NCBI RefSeq assembly: GCF_011745625.1
Contig: NW_027191498.1
Span: 1-64,000 of the forward strand
Direction: 5' to 3'
Length of the DNA: 64,000 nt
Origin: Cladosporium halotolerans
Taxonomy: Eukaryota
Position 1 is the stretch's first letter. Every line of letters begins with the position of its first letter. The position numbers were made by a program, and so were the translations under genes. Below the pieces are notes generated by a model. It ran no database searches and was not told the DNA's origin. It saw only the letters and a list, made by a program, of their open reading frames with translations. Below, piece by piece: positions 1 to 12,692 of this stretch.

Positions 1-878
1 ATTCCTCCTGTCGAGATATGCGACGATAGAGCCATGTGTTGACAAACGCGTCGCGTGAGCACGCGGTGGGTCTGTGCACACGGTGGGGAAGACTTCTAAG
101 GAGAACGCCTCGGCCATCTCCTCGTCTACACCAATCGATCTGGCTCTGGTCTCACCGTGGACTGGCTCATGCAGACACCCCTACTACATCGTGTTCGTAT
201 CAATCGGCGACTTCTTCCTAAAGAGGCCGCGACCTCCACTGAGGGAATCGTCGCCTGCAGTCCTTCAATACAGACCTGGAGAAGAGGTCCGGGATCCACT
301 CTGCTCTACCTCTGCAACAATAGTCTTTGGACGATTGGCGAGATCTTACCGGTGTAGAACCGTATCATTCCATCATTCGTTTTTAGCATGCATGCTTGTA
401 CAACGAGCCGGGCAATTCCCGAGACCATCCGGGAGGCCACCTTGCATGCCAAGCTTTAACGTGCATCTGAAGGTTCGGGCCGTCTGTCGTCCCGCCTCGA
501 TCCGCCATGTGGGCCCCGGCGACGTCACTGTCCGATGTCAATGTTTGCGTGACTATCTGTCACCCTGTCGAATCACGCCCTTTTGTTTTCGGGTGTGCCG
601 GCATGATGCAACTGGCAAGTCTACTTCACCAGTGCTCTCCACAGCCTGTTCGGAGCCGAGGCAGCTCGGCCAAAGACCGTGCCACGCGAAGATGCTCGAA
701 GTGAAGGATAAAGCGGCATGGTTTCGGCCGCAAGGCCATCGGCCGCATGCTTCCGGGCCCGTCATCTCGTCTTTACATATTGCATATTGCCGCTTGATAG
801 ACCTACTCGACGCCTGATCCCTCCTGCCAACGGCAATTTACATCTCATCCTCCCTCACCTCCTTGTTCGTCTGCAGCA

Positions 879-3241
879 ATGGCGTCTTGGCAGCCGCCCG
901 ATGATTACCGGAACCGCCCTGTGACCGTGCTGGGCGGTGGTGTACTTGGTCGCCGCATTGGTGAGATAGGAGAATGTCTACAGTCAAGAAAACATGTTAA
1001 TACGGCACAGCGGCATGTTGGATCGCGGCTGGATACGACGTCGTTATAAGAGATCCTTCAGAGAAATCGCGCAACGATGCCGTGGCATATGTCAATTCCG
1101 AATTGGGCACCTTCCAGGCACTCGTAGAGAATAGTCGTCCGGGTAAAGTAGAAGCTACGGATGATCTGGCGTGTTCAGTCAAGCATTCATGGCTCGTTTT
1201 CGAAGCCGTGCCGGAGGTGTTGAAGCTGAAAGAGGATACGTTTGCCGAGCTCGAGAGATCTGCGCCCAGTGACTGCATCCTTGCCAGCAACTCCTCTTCA
1301 TACAAGTCCAGCGAGCTGGTTGGGAAGATCAAGGATGAGACGAAAAGTCGTGTCTTGTAAGTATTATGCATGCGGTGAATTGAGGTTGATTGCGGAGCGC
1401 TGATAGCGGATAGGAATACTCGTATGACCTTTCACTCTCACTTATTTCATGAGCATCGATATTGACGTAGCCAGACTATATGATGCCTCCAGACGCATTG
1501 ACTGTTGAGCTGATGACAGACGGGAAGACACATCCAGCGCTGATCGATTTTCTGTTCGATCGTCACAAGGAAGCGGGTCTTCACCCTATTGTGGCCTTGG
1601 TGAATTTTTTCGGAGGATACAGAAAGCTACGGAATTGCACTGACGACTGCGCAGAAAGAGTCCACTGGTTTCGTCTTCAACAGAATCTGGGCCGCCATCA
1701 AGGTCAGTCAAAGCGAAATACTCTATGAATTCTTGCTCACTATTCTTCCAGCGAGAATGCCTCATGGTGCTTCAAGAAGGCGTCTCCACAGCCGCAGACA
1801 TCGATCGCGTCTTCAAGGAGCAGTACGGTGCGAGAGATGGGCCTTGCCACCTGATGGACTTGGTTGGTCGCCCGTGTCTTCGTCTTTGACCATGCATTGC
1901 GCTGACTCCTCGCCAGGTCGGCCTAGACACCGTCGAACACATCGAGAGGCACTATATCGACGAGCGAGGCCTACCCTCAGCTCACGCCGATTGGCTTCAC
2001 GATGGGTTTGTCTCCAGTGGTAAGCTGGGCGCCAAGAGCTCCAAAGGTGGTCTTTATGATAAAGCCGCGCCGGGGGCGGAGACGAAGCTGTTTGTCCTGA
2101 ACCTGGGCATGGCGGAGACTTTGCACGATGGCATGAGCTTCGACCAAATGGCGCACCGAGGACAAGTCCTTTCTCTGAATGCAGATCAGGGAGGGAAGCC
2201 GACGCAGCTTGTCGGTAGCGGGTTAGTCTGACACCACATAGCAGCAAACAATTGGATCTGACACCACGCACAGCTATCTGCCAGACGGCATCGATGTCTC
2301 CACTGACACGAAACGTCTCTACTGGACGCAGATGGGCACACCAACGGTAAGCTGAAGCGGATGGCACCGGGCAAGTTGTAACTCTGTTGACGGTCTTACA
2401 GAAGAACGACGGTTCAGTTCTCTCTTCCAACCTGGACGGAAGTGACATCAAAACCATCGTTCCAGAGGGGTCGGTTCATACTCCTAAGCAGTGCCGCGTC
2501 GATGCAGTTAACAAGAAGCTGTACTTTTGCGATCGCGAAGGCGGCAGAGTGATGCGCGTGAACCTTGGTGGCTCAGAGATCGAGACCTTGTACCAAACCG
2601 CCGACTGGCAGAAAGAGCCCGAGAAACTGAAAGACGAGAAGAACTGGTGCGTCGGCATCGCTCCGTCTCCCAAGACTGGGAAAATCTACTGGACTCAGAA
2701 GGGCAGGAGTAAAGGAAGCGAGGGTCGCATTTTCTCCGCCAACATAGATATGCCGAGAGGTGCAACTGCTGCCGACAGGACGGACGTCGAGCTGGTCATT
2801 GGTGGGCTGCCAGAACCTATCGACCTGGAGCTCAATGACGAAGAGAACGTTCTCTACTGGACTGATCGCGGCGAGCTTCCGCTAGGTTAGTCGTTCTTGC
2901 ATTAGACTGCTGGTCTTTACTGATGCGTAGCAGGCAACACTCTCAATATGAAGACCGTAGTTGGTCCGCAGCCTGAGAGCGAGAAGGCTCTTGGACGCCG
3001 CATACTTGCTCAAGGCTTTGGTGAAGCGATTGGTATGACCCTCTTTGCTGGTGGATGATGAATAGTGCAAGCTGACATACCTTCCGTAGGCCTCAAGTTC
3101 GACGTTCAGAAGAACGCTATCTGGGTTGCCGACATGGCCGGTCGCATCTGGAAGTGTAACCCCGATCGTCCGGCTCCCAAGGAGAAAGTGTTCGAGGGAG
3201 CGACTGCGGCGTTCACCGGTCTGACACTGATTCATGTGTAG
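879..3241 (+). CDS. 3-hydroxyacyl-CoA dehydrogenase-like (lambda-crystallin/L-gulonate DH-like) domain fused to a C-terminal YWTD-type beta-propeller; about 10 introns
   Basis: Spliced translation gives MASWQPPDDYRNRPVTVLGGGVLGRRI (GxGxxG), VFEAVPE, ILASNSSS, NTHYMMPP, GFVFNRIWAAIK and GPCHLMDLVGLD. C-terminal repeats VYWTQ, LYFCDR, IYWTQ, LYWTDR. Stop TAG at 3239-3241. Confidence 0.85.
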
Positions 3242-3765
3242 ATTGGGTGCTAGAAGGGCGTCGGCAATGCTGTAGCTATTGGTTATGATCGAATTGAATA
3301 GTTAGATCCTGCATCTCTGAGCGACGCGCAGACGAGTCGTGTAACTGGAGATAGCAGCAAGCATTTTAGACCATCCAGCGATATGTTTTTGCTTCGGCGA
3401 TAGTGCTGAACTAATAGTGATCAGGCACTGTTGTGGCGATCAATTACGGACGTAAGGTGCAGATACCGAGGTCGTCCAATGATGTGAGGGGATCGGAGGG
3501 GTCTACTTTCCTTCTCGTCCCGGATTTCGTCTTCTGCGAGAACAATTGAGTCGTGCAATTGGAGCAAAGGAAATTCGGCTTCGATCAAGGTTTCCGTTAC
3601 GATTGCCCCTTACTGATTGAAAGTCGGTTCCGCGCATATAAGATCTGCGGTCCGGGCCAAGACCTACGTCTGCCGAGAGCGTGCCGATTGACTACATAGT
3701 ATACATTAGCTTGTCAAGACTAATATTCGACTCTTCACATTTTTCCGTCGACATCTGATCACGAA

Positions 3766-4923
3766 ATGGCTAGTCATGTCAAGCATCAAGTCACGTTGAC
3801 GGAGCGAATTGGAAACGCCATTCAGTTGTTACACCTCGGTAAGCCGTACTCAACCGCACAACGAAACTACGCTCTAAGGCTAATCACAAGATGGTACAAA
3901 GTTGTGGCAGGATTCAAAGATGTATTGACGACTGCACCCGCACTCTACCAGGTCGGCTGGCCGCTCAAGCAGATCTTGGCCGTCTCCTTCCTGCGCCACA
4001 AGACGGGCCTCACAAGACGCGAAGCTTACCAAGCCGGTCGACCGACAACTGGAGAAAACCTCACGCAAGGGTGCGAGGCTCTCGGAGTTCCACTTTCTTC
4101 CCAGGTATTTTCGTGCGAAGGGTATCCGGACGCGACGCTCCACGAGGCTACTGTCGGCAGCCAAGACTCACCGACGGTCGTTTTCTACCTTCATGGCGGT
4201 GGCTACAGGAATCAGATAAACGGCACGGCACAAGTTCCGGTCGTCTTCGACTGCGCGCGTGCGATGGGCGCTTCGAAGGTGTACTTTCTAGAGTACACTC
4301 TCGCGCCCGGGGCGCAGTTCCCTGGCCAGCTCGTGCAAGCCTCACGCGCCCTAAATATGCTTTTGGAGAAGCACAGCGCGGGCGATCTCGCCCTGGGAGG
4401 TGATTCGGCTGGGGGCAACTTGGCTCTAGGCTTGCTTGCACATATCAAGGAGCCGCATCCGAAAGTACCGCCCATCACGGCTTTTGATGGTAAGGGAGAG
4501 ACGGAATTCAGAGGCGCGTTCTTGATCAGCCCGATGGTGGCGACTACGTTCACTGCAAAGAGCTTCAAAGACAATGCCGCGAGGGATTACATCAGCGTTG
4601 AAGGTGCGGAGATGTTCACGCATTATTGGGCTCCTCAAGCAGGGGTTTGGGCGGATCCTTTGTCGGGTGGTGCTTCGTTCTGGAATGCTGTGCCGGTCAA
4701 GAAGATCATCATTACCGTAGGAGGGTTTGAGTGCCTGCGGGACGACATCCTGGATTTTGCGAACATGGTCTGCACACCTGCTGACAAGAAGACTTCACTG
4801 ACTCTTGCACAAGGGAAGACCGAGGTGCATGTGCAGCCGGCCATTGACAAAGCGTTGGGCTCTCCGCCTTGCGAGACGTTTGTCAATCTACTGGACTGGT
4901 GTCATGGGCTCAGGAGTGGCTAA
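3766..4923 (+). CDS. Alpha/beta hydrolase, HSL-like esterase/lipase (Say1-like)
   Basis: YLHGGGY oxyanion motif, GDSAGG nucleophile elbow, late VH His. Possible in-frame 72-nt intron 3839-3910. Confidence 0.85.
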   Translation: MASHVKHQVTLTERIGNAIQLLHLGKPYSTAQRNYALRLITRWYKVVAGFKDVLTTAPALYQVGWPLKQILAVSFLRHKTGLTRREAYQAGRPTTGENLTQGCEALGVPLSSQVFSCEGYPDATLHEATVGSQDSPTVVFYLHGGGYRNQINGTAQVPVVFDCARAMGASKVYFLEYTLAPGAQFPGQLVQASRALNMLLEKHSAGDLALGGDSAGGNLALGLLAHIKEPHPKVPPITAFDGKGETEFRGAFLISPMVATTFTAKSFKDNAARDYISVEGAEMFTHYWAPQAGVWADPLSGGASFWNAVPVKKIIITVGGFECLRDDILDFANMVCTPADKKTSLTLAQGKTEVHVQPAIDKALGSPPCETFVNLLDWCHGLRSG

Positions 4924-5557
4924 GGCGGCGCCTGGCATTGGTCGCTACCGTGTATGCGGTTTGAATAGTGATTGTGTGTGCAGAACTTTGAGGCATGATG
5001 CATCGGAAGGCTTGGTCTCGTCGAGAGATGTAAGACCTGGGAGAGGTCGATAGAAATGGAGGCTCGTATCACACCACGTACACGAGCAATACGGGGTCGG
5101 CTAGTAAGCTCCCAAGCATTCACTTCATCACCACGCACGCACATGTGATGGCGTATAATCTTGGTCTCGAGAATCGCTGCTGTAGGATATGCAAGAGCGC
5201 TATGTTGGCTCTTTTGGGCAAGCAAAGCGCTGTTGCTCAGCCATGCGATAAGCCTGCCCCCAACGGACGGAGTTGCGCCCGGAATACTCTTTATGGCAAA
5301 TGCTGTAGCGCTAAGAATCCTGGCGAGCCTTTAACAGCGTAGCATTGAGCTTGCCTATGCTTGACTTCGCAAAATGAATGGGGTCAGGATCTTCTCAGTT
5401 TCAGGTATCATGAACCGGAGATCCAATGCGATTTGTTGAAACATTTTGGCAAGTATATAAGAGCCATGGTATGTCATATGAAAGACTTTAGGTCCAATCC
5501 TCATTCTGACACTCTTCCTTACTCGATCACATCACTTCTACGCTTATTGTCTCCTTC

Positions 5558-7007
5558 ATGGCCATGCTTGATACGAAAATGCCTTTCGATCAAAAGTTGG
5601 ACCACAAAAGTCCTCATCACAATCCCTACCCACTCGATCGATCTCCCTCAGATCTACCTCCATCGTACGAATCACACTTCGCCTCCCAGCCAGGTCCGTC
5701 CAGGGTGCCTCTGCCGCATAGTGCATCTCTTGCCAGGCCTTCCCGCACATACAGCAATCCATACATTCAACATGACGTTACCTCCGTCGATTCGACAGAG
5801 TATGCGCGCTACCAGTCAACCGTCACGCAGCAGGATCAACAATATCAGCCATATCTCGCCTCTCACAAAACCCAACAGCACTCTCTCCCGCGACTCTCAC
5901 ACCGATCGATCCGCCCAACCATGCCAAACGACCACTCCCTCCCCGTCGTGATCCCCCGTAAGATCCCCCCTCTCCCCTCCCCGCCATTAGAACCCCGGTC
6001 CTAACCCTCCCTCCCTCTCAGAAACCTCCAAAGCCTTCGGCTCCACCTTCGCCAGCCCCTTCACACGCGCCTACCCACCCTCGCTCTCCCCCCTCATCCC
6101 CCAGCACCAATTCCTCGCCTTCCTCGACGGCCTCAACGAAGTCTTCATCTCACACCCTGCCTTCCAGACCGTCAACCTAGCCGGCACGCTCATGGGCTTC
6201 GCGCACGGCGCTCCCGTGACGCAAAGCGTCGGCGCGGGGCTGCAGTTCGCGGCCGGGCTGGCGTCGGCCGCGACGTCGTTCGCGAGGACGAAAGCGTACG
6301 TCAAGGAGCGGAATGCGGATCTGTTCCACCCGGTGGGGCTGCATGCTTCGGTGCTGGGGACGGGGGATATGATGGCCAAGGTGGGCCATCCGGAGCGGAG
6401 GCTGGTGCTGCCGCCGTTGGAGACGGTGGGGGATCTTGATGTGGAGACGGCGGGGATGGAGGGCGGTGTTGCGGCGCGGAGGGCGGGGAGGCCGTGGGTG
6501 GATCCGAGGGTTAGGAGGGTGAGGGCGCTGGAGGGCTTTGTTGCGCCGCTGGACTTTGATGTGCCGGAGGCTGCTTCGTCTAGCAATTTCTTCGACAAAA
6601 TGGGAGCGTGGCAGGCGAAGAGGGCTGCTAAGAAGCATGAAGAGGAAGAGCAGGAGAGGTTGAAGAAGTGGCGAGAGACAGAAGAAGGGGTGCATGAGGA
6701 GATGAGGAAGGCTCAGGAAGATCTTGCGAAGAAGCAGGCTAGACTGGATAGAGAGCTTGCGAAGCAGGGCAAGAGGAGGAAAGAGTCCGAGATTAGGAAG
6801 GCTGAGAGAGATGTCGCGAAGGAACAGCGCAAGGTGGAGAAGAAGATGAGGGAGAAAACTGGCGAGAAGGCTGACGAGCATAGTAAGATCTCGAAGGAAG
6901 AGAAGAACGCGAACAAGATCCGGTGGGTTGTGATCACCCAGTGGCAAAGCGAGTCTGAGGAGGACGTCGTTGGTGAGGATGACGACCGAGAGTCGTCAAG
7001 GTCGTAG
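5558..7007 (+). CDS. Conserved fungal hypothetical protein with a lysine/glutamate-rich coiled-coil C-terminus; one intron (~5958-6021)
   Basis: ORF 5558 joins via GTAAGA..CTAAC..CAG to a frame reading PVVIPQ..SPFTRAYPP..FLAFLDGLN..KIRWVVI, which continues into ORF 6192-7007. Confidence 0.7.
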
Positions 7008-7144
7008 AATCTACTACATGTACATTTCAGCGCAAATCCATAGCCTTATTTGAATCGTGCCCAAATTGCCTTGCAGCACAGATGGCTACGCTCCCTAAGA
7101 AAATCAGCACATAGAAGGCCAGGACATGATCATCCGTCAATTAC

Positions 7145-9066
7145 CTAAAACCTCGGCAATCTAACAGGCCTCGAAACCTGCTGGTTCGCCCGCCTACTCA
7201 GCATCTTCGTGCTCCGCCCACTCAACCCCCTCTTCGACTTCGCCGCAGCCTCCGTGCCATCACCAGCAGGTAGATCCGGCTCGTTCGTCGTAGTATTGTA
7301 AGTCGACCCTTCAGGCACAACCTCAAACTGCACCGTCGCATTACCTTCACGGTAAGTACTCTTGGGGGTACCCACGGTCTTGAAGCCCTCGCCCTTAGCG
7401 ACCCTGCGCTCGCCCGTAGCAACATCGAAGCCACTGACGACGCGCTCGAACATCTCCAGCGCCACGAGCGGCTGGTAGAACGGCACCTCGTGCCCGCTCT
7501 CGTAGATGCGCGCGAAGGCGACGTTGTCGCTCTGCTTGACCTGGCCGTGCACGATGGCGTCGGACGTCGAGATGTTCACGTACCCGGCCTCCGAGTAGCC
7601 CGGCGCATCGATGTGATCCATGACAACTTCAATTCCTGCCCAGTTGCATATGAAATCCGAGTCGCCTGCGAAATGGACGGTGTAGACGCCCTGGTCGGCC
7701 AGGGAGCGCGAGGCGGCGACGGTGCCGGACTCGCGGTCGTCGTCGCCGGTGTTGCCGAAGGCGCTGCCGACGGTGCTGCCGCCGTCGCCGGTGTAGTTGA
7801 CGAAGGCGCCGAGGGCCTGCTGGATCTTGGCGGAGTTGAGGTAGTCGCGCCAGTAACCGTAGGGGAAGGGGTCGGGGACGAGCTCGCGGATGTCGTACTC
7901 GCTGCGTCCGGCGTAGCGGCCGAGGACGGACTCGACGTTATTGTAGCAGAAGGTATCGGCTACTTCGCAGAGGGCGTTCTCGCCGCGGTTGTTGCAGTCG
8001 ATGCTTTGGTCGTAGCAGTTGCCAGGGCCGTAGAGAGCGTTGTATATCATGCTTTCTACGGAGGAGTTGTACGGTCGGTAGTCGTAGGTGTTACCAGGCG
8101 AGACGGTGAACCAGTAGAACGCCTGGTATTGGATCCGGGGATCGTACCAGCCGTTACCGATCATTACAGACTGAAGGTCAATCTCATGTGCGCCGGGAAG
8201 CTTGTCTTCCTGAATCAACTCGTTTTGCGTCAAGAAGTACCTACACACGTCAGTGCGACTCTTCGCCAAATCCAAACATCACGACTTACTCGTTGAAGAT
8301 AGGTCCGTAATGACCACCATAGCTCTCCGTGGCAAAGTGAACGCCATTGGCCGAATATTCGGGAAAAGCACCCATAAATCCCTGCAGCGTCTTCCACATG
8401 CTCGGCGCCGCACCCTCAGTAGTGTTCGCTGTGTTAGAAACATTCGGAGAAGAGTACGTTCCGCAAGTTCCCATGTCCAGCGCGTAATCAGGGCAAGTCG
8501 CGTTCGGCAGAGCGATGATGTTGCCCATGTTCGCATCAACGTAGCCGGGCACGGGATCGGAGTAGCTAAAACCCACCTGGGCCGGGTGATCGACGAAAAG
8601 CATGTTGGAGACATTGCTGCAAGCAACGAGATTAGCAAATCTTCTCAAAGCCCATAGCACTCACTGGATTCAAGACTCACTTCCACGCAAACTCATTATA
8701 CTCCACCGCCCCCTCCTCACTGATCCAGCACGGCCCAATCTCCTCGAACAACCCGATCATACTCGAACTGCCGGGCCCGCCATTGATCCAGACGGTCAGC
8801 GGCGCCTCCTCCGGATCGACATTGCGCGCCTCGAAGAACCACCAGAAGACCGACTGCTGCGGCGCGACGTCGACGTAGCCGGAGTAGGATTTGACGCCCG
8901 GCGTGAGCTCGCAGATCTCGCTGGCGACTTCTTTGTAGCGGACGGTGAGGTTGTAGTAGCCTTCTGTTTTGGTGAGGTTTGCGGGGCCTTGGACGAATTG
9001 ACTGAGGGCGAGAGGGAGGGCGCTGAGAGATAGGAGGGAGGCTGCTGCGGTCTTTGGTCGAGCCAT
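7145..9066 (-). CDS. Secreted serine carboxypeptidase (peptidase S10, carboxypeptidase S1-like); 2 introns
   Basis: Signal-peptide-like N-terminus, YSGYV, FWWFFEA, WINGGPGSSS, TESYGGHY (catalytic Ser), IGNGW, SGHEVP (catalytic His). Confidence 0.93.
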
Positions 9067-10027
9067 GGTTTTCGAGGTCCCGGCTCTTTCTTGCGACTCA
9101 ACGCTTGGTGTTCCCGAGAAAAGAACAAGAACAGGAAGAAGGAAGCGAAGAAAAAGACACAAGACTTGGACCTACCCACAATACCACCCTCTCTTATCAC
9201 AATCCAAGAGCCATTGGATCTAAGTACCTACCTACCTAGGTAGGCAGGCGAACGTAATGTAACATCCACCCTGCCAGTCCCCACCTACAAGACACCGCAC
9301 CGTCCGCAGCGAATAGCATTCCACACCGCCGAGCGAAAAGGCTCGCTTCAAGCAAACACAAGACTCGCGCCTTGAAAGCGATAAGCCGGTGCCACGGAGC
9401 TAGAGGCGATGAAGAAGGTGACAGTTGGTGGGATCGACGGAGCTTGGAGCAAGGCGGGGGTTGGTCCGCGCTGTGAGACATGGGAGTGTTGCCCTGTGCA
9501 TTCGTTGATGGGCGATCGGGCGGGAGCATAGAAGTATAAGAACATGTCGTTCTGCTAGGGTGCGTCAGATTGTACGATTCCGTGTCAGGTCATGAAAGAA
9601 TGCAAGCCTCCGAAGACGCTGCAGGAACCCGGTTGTTTACGGACCTCGGCCACTCGTCTTCACGAAAAGCACTAGTCCGCGACATGTTCCGCGGAATCGA
9701 GCATTCCGGGCTTGACGAGAAGTGACGGCAGTGTTTGTCAAGATTTCGGAAGACCACGGCGGTTTACACCTTGTGCATCCTTCGCTAAAGGTGCTAGGTG
9801 ATTGACCTGCTCGGCTCAAGGACTGGACCGCCAACAACCGGATTGGGATCCCCGCGGAAACAACAGAGCCACAAGGTGTCGAGACGAAGATTGTGAGGTG
9901 AAGCTTTTTGTTCAGAGTTTCTCTCTATTCATGCATGATCATAAACTACCGCCTTTAACAGCATGACAAACACCCAAGGCTGGATCTTGTCACGTACGGC
10001 TCATATCTGTTGAGTTTTCCAACACAT

Positions 10028-11277
<1,250 letters not shown>

Positions 11278-12439
11278 TGTGGCTTGTTGTGGATGTGTGG
11301 TGGGGTTGCTGGGATGAGTGTGAGCGGGAGAGTGTGCGGCGATGGCAGGAGATGGAGCGCAGCGGCAGCAACGTACAGGAAGACGGAGTGTGTTTGGAAT
11401 GATGATGGTGGAGAGGTGGCAGAGCGGCGGGAGATGTTGAGCTTTTTCTTGGAGGGGCAGCGGTCGGCGGGGCTGCTGGCGAGCTTTGACGTATTCGCGC
11501 GCCAAGTGGTGGCTCTGATTGCAGCCCGCCCAACAAGCTGCTCGTGGCCGGAGTGGGCCGCGCCCTTCTCCAGACGCCTGCCTTCTCCGGACCCCTCGTG
11601 GGGTGCCTCCGGTCTGTTTTCGCGCCCTGTCGTGCTCCGGTTTCTTTTCTTAGACCGGGCAATATGGATATCAGACTGCTCGGCGCTCGCCCGAGGCCCG
11701 CGTGGGTGCTTTTGCGCGGCAGAGAGACGTCGTGGTCGTCAGTCTGGCGCCGCAGCCATCGTGGTTGCAACGGCCCTCAACCACTTGCGCTGGGGCTTCG
11801 CCAGCCGACTCGGACCTTCTGCGGCCTCCGGGGTCGGCTGCGGGCTGACAAACACGCCAGCGCTGGGGCGGATAGTGACAAGCCGTCATCAATAATGGTC
11901 AAAGATAGTCGTTTGGGCGGTGTTCGACAGGCAGGTGACCAAGGAAGTCGGCTGTCACCTTTTGCCACACGCTGGTATTAAGGAGGCAATGCACCATCAT
12001 CTCGTAAAGCTGACCCAAGCACTTGGAGTCGAAAACGCAATCTTTCGTGCCGTTCACCCGCTACAACGTGAGAATCCATCACCTGTTACTCTCGTTCAAG
12101 CGCATCAATTTACCGCAAGCATGACCAAGTCATTTTCAAACCATCCATTATCAAGTCGTTCAGCTATAAAAAGCAAAGCAAGCACACGTGAGCGTCCGCA
12201 GAGCGTCAGCCCATGGAACAACGTCCCATGAACCTGACGCCCTTTCGAAGCTGGAAATGCCGGGTGAAGCGACACTGTCCAACCCGCTCTTCCGGGTTCT
12301 CCCAAAACATCGATCACGCAATAAAGAAAAGTAAAGAAAGTGCCGTGCTGCCCAAGCGCGCTGCCTTGTTGGCCTCACCGCCCGGCCTCGACCGAGCAGG
12401 GTAAACACACGCAGCGCCCTGGCAGACAGCGACACATAA

Positions 12440-12655
12440 ACCATGCTTGTGAGCATTGACAGACGACGCGGTTGACCAACAGCTGCACCCTGGCTAGCAT
12501 GCCAGCGTGACTGTTTCTCGCCAACCGCGCCGTCTGCTCTCCATCACCATGCTTGTGAGGACGGACAGACGACGTGATTGTCTGAAAGCTGCACTCTGAC
12601 TAGCATGTCAAAAGTGACTGTTTTTCTGGCCAATCACGCCGTCTAAGCCCCATCA
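12440..12655. repeat. Two imperfect tandem copies (period 106 bp) of a self-complementary hairpin unit
   Basis: ACCATGCTTGTGAG at 12440 and 12546. Both units carry CAGACGACG..AGCTGCAC..CTAGCATG..GTGACTGTTT..CGCCGTCT..CCATCAC. Confidence 0.9.
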
Positions 12656-12692
12656 CAGGTGTCTGCCCACAAGCAAGACTCTTGACTTGTGC

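Noticed and set aside
1..860. ORF 74-817 and a possible minus-strand exon near 350
   Set aside because: No recognisable protein motif or consistent exon chain can be built within the window.
9224..9248. CCTACCTAGGTAGG palindrome in TACC repeats
   Set aside because: A common low-complexity motif in fungal intergenic DNA.
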